DNA of 64,000 bases from Eledone cirrhosa (taxonomy: Eukaryota), in assembly GCA_964016885.1 (NCBI GenBank), contig OZ024740.1:123256001-123320000 (forward strand), read 5' to 3'. Shown here piece by piece: positions 49,940 through 63,971 of the stretch (positions are counted from its first letter, which is position 1; every line of letters begins with the position of its first letter). The position numbers were made by a program, and so were the translations under genes. The notes under the pieces are model-generated. The model saw nothing but the letters and a program-made list of their open reading frames with translations, did not search any database and was not told where the DNA came from.

Positions 49940-50870
49940 TTCTGCTTCCTTTTGCTTCTTCATACTTGCATGAGTTGGATGGATTGTTTCCAGCACAAGT
50001 TCTCTCCACTCATTGTGTTCCTTAATCATCTCCTGATTTTCACTCTCATCTCATTCATGCTTTGCCATTCATGTCTAATGAAATCAACATCCATTGAAGC
50101 ATACTCATTTCATTTCTCTCCAGCCTTTGCATATTCTGCTTTTATTGCACATGTTTCCTATCCTGCAGCATTGCATCTTGCTTACAAATATTATACAACC
50201 AGCCTTTCATTCATAGAAAGAACCATTTTGTTGACAGCAGAATTATCAACTCCCTGAACCTTTCCCATCTGTTCTTATTTGTATTCTAGATAAAATTCTT
50301 TCAGAGCAACCTTCTCCACTGCTAATTAGGTAGAGTAGGTAGAAACTATCAACCATGATGCCTTCTTAGAATTGAAAGTAGTATATTTCACTGGGATTCT
50401 TACTAACTACCTCTGTGCTTCTCCTGCATATACATCCTAGCGATTCTGTTGCCCCACTACAACTCATATGTACCCAGGTTGTATATTGAGTACACTGTTT
50501 AGCATTCCTTCCTATTGAACTTGGCTACATCCCTGATGGAACTATATTCGTGCCTCCTTTCCTACTGACTAAAATTTAGTTCTGTTTCCACAGTAAGAAT
50601 TTCTTCTCTAACTCTTCCACTGATTCTGCTAACAGAAGCTGTTTGTCAGCATATATAATCTCCCATGAGCAATCAGTCTTATACACTCTAAATAAAGCTT
50701 GGAGGACAATAACAAATAGGTGGGCTGAGGTTTAAATCCTGATGTACATTGAATTTCTCACTAAACTCATTACCTATTCTCAATTTACTGGCAGCTCCTT
50801 AGTATATGGCTTGCACTGCTTTTACAAGTCACTCATATACACCAAGTTTCCTTAGGGATTGCAGACTGGT
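49940..50870 (-). pseudogene. Old RTE LINE relic
   Basis: Decayed antisense matches to the RTE RT and C-terminal region (ctcccatgagcaatcagtctt, cccatctgttcttatt). Confidence 0.6.
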
Positions 50871-52299
50871 CAATCTGACAAAACTTATGTGTCAGGAAAA
50901 TTAGTCTCAAAGCAACAGGGACTCTCTGTAGCAATGTCAAGTCAAGAATTTCTAGAAATTATCAGTAGTCTCTTGGCCAACATTCTCTGAGAACAGACTA
51001 GTCAGTTCAACCTGGCTGACACCTAGATTTTCCCCTTGAATATCATCATGCTTGCTCACCATGAGTCCTCTATATAACACTAATATGGAATTTCCATCTA
51101 AATGCATTGACTAATTGGTAGAGTGCTAGTAGTGCCTGATAACATTCCAGTTGCCCTATCTCACTATTCTCTTGACCTACTACTCAGTCAAAGAGATGAG
51201 CTATGGAAAGAGACACCTGATAAATGGCAACCACACCTGTTCACCATTGAGAAATGTTTGACTGGTGCTTCATTTTATTGACCCCCAAAATGATAAAAGG
51301 TAAACTTGACCTCGGCATCTTGTGAACTCAGGGCATAAAAGTACTGAAAAAGATTTTGTCTGGCAATCTAATGGATCTGCCAATCCACTCTGCCAAAACA
51401 GAAAATAATAACAGCTAAAAAATAGAGATGGAGGTTTCATTACATACAAACTGTACAAGCACTAAAGACTGCTTTCAGAAAAAAGAGGTAGTAAAATCAC
51501 ACACCACAAAATGTCTCAGAGAATGTGAAAGTGACCATATACTAATACATGCCAGGTTAATTGTCCTTATATCAATTGATGTCAAAGAGTTGCACAGTTA
51601 AACAGAGTAAAAGTATTGTTAGATAGAAATAAAAAATTAGAATGGTGACAACCATAGAAGTAATTAAATGTTGATGAAACCAATAAGATACAATACACAG
51701 TTCTGTATAAGGAATATCAAATCTACAATATACTGACATAAATTTATTACAGATCAACAAGATTAACATAAAAAATTAAACTCAATATCAGAAATAAGAT
51801 AAACACTTTAGCTATACTTGTTATAAGCAACAGCTTCAATATAATGAATTGAAAGATAAGTTAATGGAATACATAGGAAAACTAGGGAACTAATAATTGC
51901 ATTTCATGTTCAAATTCCCAAATCTAATATCTATAAAATATGCGTTTGATGAACATATATTTGAAACAAATGCATAAATAATTATTATAAAGTAACCACA
52001 TAGGATTTAGATCAAATGTACTCTGATTAGTATAATAAGATTAAAATAACCTAACAATAGAAGATCATAATTTCAAGCAAAATAATGGGTTCTTATTTAG
52101 GCACAAGCCAACAATTTAAGTGGTGGGGTCGATTAAATCGATCCCAGTGCATTACTGGTGCTTTATTTTATCGACCTTGTAAGGCTGAAAGGCAAAGCTA
52201 ACTTTGGCAGAATTTGAAATCAGAAAGTAAAGGGCTGTAACTTTATGTCACAAAGCATGGTGTCCAGTGTACTGCATTAGTTCAAGCAAAATATTAAAC

Positions 52300-54620
52300 A
52301 TAAGAACAAAATATTAGGAATGTATAAAATCTGGAAAAGAAAAAGGGAACATCAAAACAAATAAGAGGAGAAATAGAAAGAAAAATTAAGACTATATATA
52401 AAAACCAATAATGAAGCAAAACAGAAAAGTAAAATCTGTACCTAGTATCAGAAATTAACAAATTGAAGCAACAGTTGATTATGTAGTCAATACCAAGAAA
52501 CTGCTGACCACCTCATCTCAGGCTGTCTACTCATCACAAAGTGGAAATGTATCACATATATAAGATAGATAGCTTTATTCATTGAGAAATGTCAGCACTT
52601 ATACATTAAAATAGAAAATTTATGCACCAAATCCCACATGTAGCAATGATACAGCTATTATGTTCTGTGAAATGTCTGTTCAGCATGACAAAGAGATCAA
52701 AGCAAATATCTCATTTATCTTAATCAAAGACAAACATTCAAACTTATGCTCTTTGATAGACATCTTTTTCTCCCTTCAGGTCGAAAAACATCATTCACAA
52801 GGCATTTGAAAATTTGTCAAATTACAAAAACCTTCAGATGAAAGTAAACATTATGTGAGTAAAAATGTTACCAAGAATAATCAATATTTTAAATATGATT
52901 AAAAAAATGAACCTGAACAAAATAATAAGCATCATATCAAGGCTCACAGCTCTATATACACTCCGAAAATAGTCATACTAAATACAGCCCACATTCCATA
53001 CAATATATTCTTTATAGAGTAACAGATCTTTATCAGTACACATCCTACACCTGGACAGGTTAATACCTCAAAACATCTAACATATTACCAAATGATAAAA
53101 AAACATAACAGCAAATTAGAAATAAGCCAAACATCTACCACTTTACAAAAGAAAACCTGCATACATCTGACAAATGCCTGTGTAACTATGTAAGATTATC
53201 TATCTACGAGAAACACTGTGAATGTATCTGCTACTCTAATAAAGGATAAAAAAACCCATCAATAGATACAGTTTAGAATGAACCTTATAAATGGGTTGAC
53301 TCTAAACAAAGAGGAACTGAACGAAAAAGTAAAAATAACCACTAGGATTTCAGCAAGAATTGAAATGAAAACTCTATTCAAACCACAAATATTCAATAAA
53401 AATCTAGTAAAATCCATAAACTGTTGAATAGTTCCAGTGATTGAATATATTATGAATGAGGTTCATTTCAGCAAAGCAGATCAAGAGATGCTGGATGGAC
53501 TCATTAATAGAAACCACATAGAGAAAATATTCTGCTAAGCAGACAAGCAAGTGATAAAAGATTATCCATGACAAGGATAAATGAAGGCAGATATCTCAAG
53601 AATGTGTAAGATATATATCAAAATATAAAAGTTAGAGTAGCATGTTACATTGTAATGAAAACATTTGAATGTGTAAGTACTGCATTGAAGAAAGATCAAG
53701 AAAGAATGCTGTTGTATTTAAAGAAAAGCTGAAGATGCGAAGCTAAACATTGAGGATGAGGTAAAATTTGATGATGGAGGAATAAGAATTAATGGAGAAA
53801 GAATGAATGGTACAAAGCAGGATATATGGTGGAATCTAAAACAAAAATTCAAAAGAACTTAGATATCTAAGTCTTCAAGAGTATAAATCTACAACTCTAC
53901 AGAACAAAATCTTTGATAGAGTAAATAAAATATTCATGTATGGTTAAGCTGTAACTTGCATTCCAAGGAAAATTATTCTCTTGTTTACAAGCAGGAAAAA
54001 ATAGTGGACAAAGGAATTGTTGAAATTGGGAAAGATTGGTCTGACAGTAAGATTTGGGTAGCCTATGCAGTGAAAAGGTAGGAAGAGTTCATCATTTGTT
54101 AACAGGCTGTAACTACTTGCCGAGAATGATTATATTAAAATTCATTATAATACAATGGTGGGTATGGCAGTAGTTTTAGCAAAAGGAGATCTGTTCAGAA
54201 ACCTATCAATGAAGTATAAAACCAAACATGATTGACACTTTTTAAAAAGGAAATCTGTATTAGGAATATGAAATCTACCACTGCTACATTTAATGTAAAA
54301 ATATCCATTAAATGCAAACATAGTTTAATCAAAGTGCCTTTTTTGTGAGAAACTGTTTCAGTTAGAATAGCAAGAGGAATTGAAAATGTAACAACAGCTA
54401 GCTTTTAAAATTCATTCTCAGAGAAAGGGGCACACCATGAGGATTGAACAAATAATTATTGGTTGTTTCTGTTGTGATTTGTTTTGTTTTTGCTGTTTAA
54501 TCAGAGAAAGGAGGGATTCCATTACTTATTTTATTCAAGGTCATTGAGACTGGTTGCAGGAAGTTATCCTCAACTGAAGACTTGGCTTGATTGCTTGTAA
54601 CAATGGATTCTGCTAAAGGC
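52300..54620 (+). pseudogene. Very old R4-like non-LTR relic
   Basis: Scattered remnants such as CSEKVGRVHHLLTGC and QASDKRL. No open frame. Confidence 0.4.
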
Positions 54621-57489
54621 ATTAAGATGGTGTGAGATTTAAATTCAGATCACAATGTATCTCAACTAGGAATCTAATGATTCCACTAATTCATTGGTCC
54701 TGTGCTTGTAATTTATTATATCAACTCCTGAAAATGTGAAAGGAAAAGTTGATCTTCATGGTATTTGAACTCAGAGAACAGAGAGCCAGGATAAATACCA
54801 TAAGATATTTTATTCAATACTTTAATGATCTCAAATTTAGCTCGAATTGTCCACCTAATTAACTGAACAAATAAATAAAAAAATCAGTTGAAGAATATAT
54901 CTAGCAGAAGATTGTTGATGTAAGACAATGTAACAATGTTGAGAAATATCTTGAATTGTCCAAACAAACTGCACTTTCCTATCCCAAAAAACTAAAGACA
55001 TTAACATAGACCTAACAAACCTTGTAATGAGTCTGATGTAAGTATGGGCCTTCAGCTGCAGATTCTATTCCAAATATATCTGAGATCGTATGACAACCAG
55101 TCCAGCCCATGCATGTCAGCATGGAAAGTGGACATAAAACGATGATGATGGTGAATTGTTTCCCCAAAAAGGTACAAGACCACAAATTTGAGGAAAAGTG
55201 GGGTAGTCAACACACACAGCCCCAGGATTTGACTAGTAAAATATTTCATAAAGACAGGAAGGATATGAAGCAAAGTTGATTCTGGTGAGATTTGAACTCA
55301 AAATGTGAAGAAGCATAACAAATTCTACTATTAGCCATACAAATTCAAAACATGAAGATCAACTTTTCCTTTCACATTTTCAGGAGTTGATATAATAAAT
55401 TACAAAAGCAAAATACAAAGCAAAACAGCAAATAAAAAACTTTGGAGATTTATATTGAGTAATGATGATGATGATGATAGTGATGATGTTGGTGATGATG
55501 GTGATGATGATTGTAGGGGCCATGGTGAAAACAGTGATGATTGAATCATCTTGCATTAAGAAAAGTTCAATTTAGAAAATTCCAGTAAAGTGTGCTGTGT
55601 TAGGAGAAGCATCCAACCATGGAAACCATGTCAAACATAGCATTGAATGAACTCTTCAGTTGTGCCAAGGGCATGACAACTTCTGTAATACTAGTGCTAT
55701 GATAGAATGCAGGTAGTACACTCTGTAAAATGGTTGGTGAGAGGAAGGGCATCTAGCAGTAGAAACTATGCTGAAGTTAGTGAGATGAAGTTGCTTAACT
55801 GTCTGAGATGACAGTAGCTTCAATGTCTGTGACAACCCATCTAACTCATGCCAACATCAAAAACATACAGTAAGTGATAATGATGATGATAAAAATGTAT
55901 AAAGCCTTGTTAAATAACTTAGAATATTTTACTCTCCCTGCTTTGCTGAATGCAAAATTTAAAACTATTTTAAATGAATACATCATCCCTAATATCTCGT
56001 CTGTCCAACAGATTATCATAAAATTAATGCTCCAAAGGTGAGATAGTATCTAAGAGAAATTAGTGGGTGCACATATGTGAAGTAACTGTGTTGGAATGAT
56101 ATTATAAAGCAAATAGGGCTAGCTGCTTCTGGGGTCTGATCAGAGAAGATATTCATAGAAAAACCAGAAGCATGGAAGATATAAAGTGGGAAAATCTAAT
56201 CTGACAAATAATCTTTAGTCAAGAGATTTTGTTCTTTAGATATGTCTAACCCATTGGAAAAATGAATGGTAACACAACTATAGGCATTATATAATAATGG
56301 AATTGATTAGATAAAATTATGAAGATTATGATAATAATTGTTTCTACTTTAGGCACAAGGCCAGCAATTACCCAGTGCATTACTGGTACTTTATTTTATC
56401 GACCCCGTAAGGATGAAAGGCAAAGTCAACTAATAATGATGATGATATGACAATAATGAAGTTGCTGATAGGGCTGATATTGAGGTTGAAGATGATTATG
56501 ATTGTAATGCTGTTAATAATTTTCTGATTTTTGAATATGACTATGATTTTCAAAAGAAGTACTTGTTATTTGTCTCATTTAGAAATTGAACAAATAAACA
56601 AATACATATTAATATGTATTATGTCCCATGAAGGGTTTTTCAGCAGCTTAAGATGAGAATTAAAGAGACTATATTCTTTGAAAAAAAATGAAATTTGCAG
56701 CTAATATTTATGCAAGTTTAGCCTGTATTTCATAGGAGGTTCCTTCAATGTTTTAATAAAAAAAAAAGAAAATATTCTCTCATGAAAAACAATGGGAAAT
56801 AAATTCTTGTTCAAGAAAACAACATGCCACCTGGTCCAGGAATTGAAACCATAGCCTCACAATCGTCAATCCAATGCACTAACAACAAGGCCACACAGTT
56901 TCATTGGTTACTTTGCCATTTAATAATTCACCAAATGTGAGCATATCCTTCCTATTTGCTAATTATAATTGAGAAAGCTATTCTTTTCTTCTTCTTTTTA
57001 TACTTGTTTCAGTCATTAAACTGAGGCCATGGTGGAGCACTATTTTAATGGGCTTTAGTCAATCATATAAAAACCAGTACTGATTTTTTCAAGTCTGCTA
57101 TTTATATTATCAATCTCGTTTTGTCAAACTATTATGACACATACAGAAACAGTAAACATAAATACAAACATGGATACAAGCAGATGTATACACACATACA
57201 CACTTACACAGACAAAAACATACACACACATACACATACACACACACATACGTACACACACACACACACACAGATATCACCTGGTGTGATATTTAGTTAC
57301 CTAAATTATCTCTAGGTGTTCTAACTCCTGTTGAGAAGCCCTAGGATTATCTGTTAACAGACACAAACTTACAGCAAAACAAACTATATCTGTAGTTTGT
57401 CCAGGAGTTTAATAATTATTGAAGTGTTTAGTACATTTTAATTCCCCTTTTCCGGTTATTGTGTATTTACTGTTTGTTCATATATTACT

Positions 57490-57760
57490 AGACCTGAAAA
57501 ATGTGCAAGCTCAAAAGAGCCACAGAATGTTACAATAGACCTTCAAAAAGTGTGGGACTAGAGTTGTTGCTCAAAAATATTGTAATCATTATCGATCGTA
57601 CACTCTAGATGTATTTATCGTGATATATTTATACAGGATGCCACATAATGTACGATAGATAATGATTACAATATTTTTGAGCAACAACTCTAGTCCCACA
57701 CATTTGAAGGTTTATTATAACATTCTGTGGTTCTTTTGAGCTTGCGCATTATTCAGGTCT
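57490..57760. repeat. Palindrome with ~113-bp arms and ~45-nt spacer
   Basis: agacctgaa…tgtgggactagagttgttgctcaaaaatattgtaatcattatc.atcgtaca versus tgtacgat.gataatgattacaatatttttgagcaacaactctagtcccaca…ttcaggtct. Confidence 0.9.
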
Positions 57761-58569
57761 TGTTTAATATTTTTTTTAAGGCAACGCTTGTAATAACTTT
57801 AGTTAAACATGATATATATTAATAATAAATTATCGTTGTAATGTAATTAGATTATATAATTTTTATTTTATAAATGATCTTATAAATATTATTGTAAGAT
57901 GTATAAAAATATTTTCAGACTTTTAATATAAACAACTACAAAAACAATCAATATTAAATAAATATATTTTACATACTAATTGTTATAGATGAATTAATAA
58001 AAATTAAATATTACATACGAATAGTCTAATATAATAATGATAAAATAATCTAACTTAAAACGAACAATAATATGGACAAATATACAATTAAATATGATAC
58101 TACCAATATTATAATCATGTTATAACGAACTAAAAAAAAAATTAATATAAATTTAAAAAAATCATATATAAATTAACAATATAACTTACAAAAACGAGAA
58201 AAATATTTTGATGATAAACGACGAAATGCAGGAGGAAGATTCGAAAGCGAAACGATAAATAAACGTGCAAGCAAAATGGCGGATACTTTTGAGCAACAAT
58301 TACTCTCGTTGGTTGATTAGCCAATAAGACGATACTTAACAAAACATGTTTGGCGATCACCATGTCCAGCGATCACCACGGCCAGCGACACACCTTGAAT
58401 TTTTTAGTCACAAGCTACGCATATATGTCAGACACGCAGACTTAAAACATTCTGTTGTTAGTCACTGCGTGTCTAACAGATATACATCGCACCAAAGTGG
58501 TTCTTCAACCCTTGTAATTATAAACACACTTCTTTCTGTCTTTATTTATATATATATATATATTTATTT

Positions 58570-58921
58570 ATTGGCCTTCCCATCGAAAGGTTGTGACTTC
58601 AATTCTCGGACCGGGTAATGTGTTGTTTCCTTGAGCAAGATATTTATTTCACATTGCTCCAGTTTACTCAGCTGTAAAAATGAGATGATAGGACTGGGGT
58701 CCCTCTCATTCCACTTCAAAGTGGTCGTGGAGGTGCCACGGCAAAAATGCCACCAGCCCACACTGTAAAGTGGACGTGTAGGCACCACGGAAAAAAAGCA
58801 CCCAGCACTCACTGTAAATGAGGTTGGTGTTAGGAAGGGCATCCTGCTGTAGAAATCCTGCCAGAATCAGTTCCTGTCCCACCCTTACAAGCAAGGAAAA
58901 GCGGATGTAAAATGATAATGT
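58570..58921 (+). mobile_element. Composite SINE: tRNA-like head, CORE-like body, RTE-derived 3' tail
   Basis: Box B-like gacttcaattc, ccttgagcaag…cattgctccagtttactcagctgtaaaaatg, RTE 3'UTR motif, end gtcccacccttacaagcaaggaaaagcggatgtaaaatgataatg. A related head lies at ~56790-56900 (-). Confidence 0.65.
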
Positions 58922-59107
58922 ATAAATCATATATAAATATTTATTTATTTATCAAAATAACAGATTAAAGTTCAAGCAAAGAATCACAGCTTTCACCCTT
59001 AACGGGATATAAATATAAATATATCATTGTTTCTACTTTTGGCACAAGGCCAGCAATTACCCCAGTGTATTACTGGTACTTTATTTTATCGACCCCGTAA
59101 GGATTAT

Positions 59108-60320
59108 ATCATCACAATTTTACGTCCGTTCTTCCACGCTACTATGGGTTAGACAGGTTGTCCTGTTGTGGGCAGTGTCCAGTCGGCTGACCTTGTCTTG
59201 CTCATACGGGAACTGATTCTGGCTTGATTTCTACAGCCGGATGGCCTTCCTAACACCAACCTCATTTAAAATGAGTGCGAGGTGCTTTTTTCAGTAGTGC
59301 CTACACGTCCACTTTACAGTGGGGGCTGGGTGCTTTTTTGCCGTGGCACCTCCACGACTACATTGCAGTGGGAGGGTGTGTGGGATTATTGTCTATATGC
59401 TTCAGCTTCGGCTTGTCCAAGGGGGAAGTCGGGTCTTCTGTATTACTGTATGAGGCCAGAGGTCACGCTTGTGTGTTATCACCCTTGAGAGGGTCAATTG
59501 GGTAATGTCGGCTTTTATCACCTCATCCCAGGTCTTCTTTGGTCTCCCCACTCCGCAACTTCCATCAACTTCTAGTGCTCTGCACCTTTTTATGCAGCTG
59601 TCCTCCTTTATACACATCACATGTCCATACCAATGCAACCTCCTCTCCTGCACACAGCATTTGATTCCTCTTATGCTCAGTCTCTATCTCAGTTCGTTTA
59701 TGCTTTGCCGTTCGTATATATTACTATTACATATCCATTGGAGAATGCAAGCTTCGTTTCTTTCTAATCTGCGCAAGTCTTCTGCACACAGTGCCCAGGT
59801 TTCACTACCATGTAACATTGCTGTTCGTATGCACGCATCATACAGTCTGCCATTCATTTTGAGGAAAAAGCCTTTTGCAGCTAGCAGTGGCAGTAGCTCC
59901 CTGAACTTCTTCCATGCCGTTCTTACCCTAGTTATTTGACTTTCCGAACTCACACTTCCACTGCTAATTCAGTCAACTAGGTAGCAGAAGCTGTTTACTG
60001 TTTTCTCCCAGAGTTTGGTGGTGATTGCTTCCTGTGGCCGTTTGCTGCTTGCTGTCCCAGCGCAGCTGCTACATATGAAGCCTACATTCTTAGTTAATCT
60101 TCCTGAGATCCCACTACATATCTTGTGTACCCATTGTTTGCATTTGGCACAGAGGTTGCAGTTCATACCTACACCTGTCCTACATACAGAGCAAGGCCAC
60201 TTCTCTGAGGGGATCTGGGTTCTGTTTTCTCGTCTACTTACAAGAACCTAATCTTTGTCAGGTTGACTTTGAGACACTTTCTTTCTAGTCGTTGCTTCCA
60301 TGTTTGGAATTTCTTCTCTC
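59108..60320 (-). mobile_element. 5'-truncated RTE LINE
   Basis: CAKCKQWVHKICSGI, AWKKFRELLPLL, LHWYGHVM…GRPKKTWDEVI and a 3'UTR. The truncated end abuts (TA)n. Confidence 0.9.
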
Positions 60321-60332
60321 ATATATATATAT

Positions 60333-60662
60333 ATATCAACTAGATATTGATTGACATATAATTAAACATATGAAACAATCACAGGAGATAATTTGTAAAA
60401 GTGTGTAAGCACACATAGCTAGGTAGGTAACTAAATAAAGTTTAACTAGAACTTCAAAAATAGATACCTTATAATTTGATTAATCTTCCTCGTATATATT
60501 CCATTAAAGAAATATATTTCACCAATTAATAGATTGGTAAACGACAGTAGCCAGATCCTGGATTTTCAACAAGGAAGAGGTCCAACCATCTGTGTTTACG
60601 CATCAAGTTCAAATCATTGTTTCATATGTTTAATTATATGTCAATCAATTTCAAGTTGATAT
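60333..60662. repeat. ~47-bp inverted repeats enclosing ~235 bp (MITE-like or PLE-derived)
   Basis: atatcaact.ga.attgattgacatataattaaacatatgaaacaat / attgtttcatatgtttaattatatgtcaatcaat.tc.agttgatat. Confidence 0.75.
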
Positions 60663-60801
60663 AAAATGCTCGGATCTACTCATTAGAACCTTGGAGCATA
60701 TTTTACGGGTGATATGGCGGATATGGCGCATGTCTATCTGGCATGACACCCTTAATTTAGTTTGATTTAATTTAATTTAATTCAATTTATCTTAATTTTG
60801 G

Positions 60802-60852
<51 letters not shown>

Positions 60853-60929
60853 ATATATATATGGATATATATATATATACTCATTCTTTTAACTATATAT
60901 ATATATATATATATATATACTCATTCTTT

Positions 60930-61016
<87 letters not shown>

Positions 61017-61063
61017 TAATATAATATATAATATATATATATATATATATATAATATATAGTG

Positions 61064-61109
<46 letters not shown>

Positions 61110-61130
<21 letters not shown>

Positions 61131-63872
61131 GGTGAGGAAACTACTTGGTATAAAAGCGAGAGGAAACAACAGACAAGAAAGAGCAGAGCCGTGGTGGAAG
61201 AAGCGACTGAGTGGGCAAATCGGGGAAATGAGAAATGACATAGGAAAGCTTGAGTCACTACTGAATGGGACACTAAAAAACATAGGCACTAAAAATAGAC
61301 TGGAAATAAAATACAAAACTAGGAGGAAAAAGCTAAATATTATCATAGAGGAACTGAAGCAACGCATTGTAGCAAAGAGTGCAAAAATCAGGCGATACGA
61401 GAACAGAGTCAGTCAGTATAAACAGAACCGCATGTTCGACAACAACCAGAAGATGCTGTTTGGACAGCTTGAGGGGAAAGAAAGAGGCAACGACTTGATC
61501 CCTGAGGCGGAGCAAACTAAAACATTCTGGAGAGGAATATGGGAGCAGGATGTTAGACATAATGTCCAGGCAGGGTGGATTGAGACAGTACAGAGGGAGA
61601 TCGGTGAGCAGGCACAGCAGCAAACTGATTTGAGTATCACAGTTGAAACTCTTAAGGGGCAGGCCAAAAAACTAACCAACTGGAAATCACCAGGCCCAGA
61701 TGGTGTGCAGGGGTATTGGATTAAACATTTAACATCCCTCCACCCGAAGCTGACGGCCATGTTCAATGACTGCTTGGTGTCGGGTGAGGTGCCACAGTTC
61801 TGATAATGAAAGACCGAATCAAGGGTAATGATGTTACCAACTATAGACCTATCACATGTCTGTCCGTAATGTGGAAACTGTTGACGAGCATTGTGTCTGA
61901 GGAAATCTACCATCACCTCCACACAAACAACTTGTTACCGGACGAACAGAAAGGATGCCGAAAGAAGTCACGTGGTACAAAGGACCAGTTACTTATTGAT
62001 AAGATGGTAATGGGGAATTGCAGGAGGAGACACACTGATCTTGCCATGGGATGGATAGACTACAGAAAGGCATTTGACATGGTGCCTCATTCTTGGATCA
62101 CCAAAAGCCTGGAGATCTTCAGGGTGGCAGATAACATCAGACAGTTGCTGGGCAGGAGTATGGGGTCCTGGGAGACAGAGTTGACATCAACTGGAGTATC
62201 CTTGGGAAGCGTGAAGATCAAGAGAGGTATCTTCCAGGGAGATAGCCTGTCCCCTCTGTTGTTTGTCCTTGCCCTGATGCCCTTGACCATTATGCTGCGA
62301 AAAGTGAGAGCAGGATACAAGTTGGGAAGGGGAGAGCTTACCATCAATCACCTCCTCTTCATGGACGATCTTAAGCTCTTCGGGAAAAGTGAGAAGGAGT
62401 TGGATGTGCTTGTTGACACTGTCCGTATTTTCAGCAGTGATATATGTATGCAGTTTGGTATTGGTAAATGTGGAGTCATTGTGATGAGGAGGGGTAGGTT
62501 GAGCAGAAGTAGCGGGATCCTGATACCAACAGGTGAGATGATAAAGGAAATTGACTCTGAGGAAGGATACAAGTATTTGGGCGTTCTGGAGGCTGATGGC
62601 ATAAAGAACAAAAAAATGAAGGAATTGTTAAGAACTGAATACATTCGGAGAGTAAGGAGCGTATTGAAGTCACATCTGAACAGCAGAAATGCCATAAGCG
62701 CAGTAAATTCCCGAGCTGTGTCTATTATTAGGTACAGTGCGGGAATTCTGAGATGGAATGTTGCTGAACAAAAAGAAATGGATAGGAAGACTAGGAAGCT
62801 ATTGACTATCTACAACATGTTCCACAAGAGGAGTGATGTCGATAGACTCTACCTAAGGAGATCTGAGGGTGGAAGAGGTCATACCAGCATAGAGGACTGT
62901 GTTCAGATGGAGAAAAACAACCTATACAAATACGTGACCTATAGTAAGGAGCCAATGCTCAGAGCTGTACTGAAGGAGGGGACAGTAGGCCAGGGGATGC
63001 CCAAGGAGGAAATAACATCAAGGAGGAAGAGCAGCCTTAAGGGAAAATCCCTTCATAGTACCTTCTTTGAGAAAATTGAATTTAGAGATCCACAGACACG
63101 GAACTGGTTGAGAAGAGGAGACCTCAAAAAGGCTACAGAAGGAATGCTAATGGCTGCGCAGGAGCAGGCCCTCAAAACGAAGTGGTTGAAGCACCATATT
63201 TACAAGGAGGAGGCTAGCCCACTGTGCAAGATCTGTGGAGAGAGAGAGGAGACTGTGGCTCACATTGTGTCCGAGTGTAAACACCTAGCCCAGACCCACT
63301 ATAATGGCTGGAGACACGATGTAATGGGCAGGGTGATCCACTGGCACGTGTGCAAAGTAAACAATTTACCACATTCTGAGAAATGGTATGAGCATAGGCC
63401 AGAGGCGGTGATGGAGAACAATCAGGTGAAGGTGCTGTGGGATTTTAGGATACAGACGGACAAAAAACTGGAACACAATAGACCTGACCTGGTGGTTGTG
63501 GACAAAGAAAAAAGATCGTGTCTGATTGTGGATGTGGCCTGCCCGTTCGACACGAGAGTGCAAGAGAAGGAGAGGGAGAAAATTAACCGATACCAGGACC
63601 TAAAGTGGGAGGTGAAAAGGATTTGGAACTGCCATGAAGTCAAAGTGATCCCGATTGTCATAGGCGCACTGGGGACTATCTCCAAAAGTTTCCAGGGATG
63701 GTTAAAGAAAATCGGCCCCTTCACGCTTTTTGGAACGCTTCAAAAGGCATGCTTGCTTGGAACAGCAAGAACCCTCCGATACGTCCTGAATATCTGAGGC
63801 GCAAGGTAGTGGCTTGATATTCAATCCAACGGACTTTCCAGTCAACCAACATCAATGACTGAGATTCAAGGA
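61110..63872 (+). mobile_element. Young 5'-truncated R4/Dong-type non-LTR element in (TAA)n
   Basis: Starts right after (TAA)n at 61063-61109 and ends before aataacaacaataataat. Confidence 0.95.
61132..63797 (+). pseudogene. RT + RLE ORF, one frameshift near 61800
   Basis: [50 protein letters not shown]…HIVSEC, RHD, RPD…D, EK…YQDL. The 663-aa part is open. Confidence 0.93.
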
Positions 63873-63896
63873 ATAACAACAATAATAATAATAATA

Positions 63897-63952
63897 ATTG
63901 TTTCTACTTGTGGCACAAGGCCAGCAATTAGCCAGTACTTTACTGGTACTTT
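63897..63952 (-). mobile_element. SINE 3' stub in (TAA)n
   Basis: ttgtttctacttgtggcacaaggccagcaatt…ctggtacttt with (TAA)n on both sides. Confidence 0.75.
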
Positions 63953-63971
63953 AATAATAATAATAATAATA

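Noticed and set aside
61795-61810. TGATAATG as stop/restart coupling between two ORFs
   Set aside because: R4-type elements have one ORF. The usual W…GRT segment before LIMKD is missing, which points to a small frameshifting deletion.
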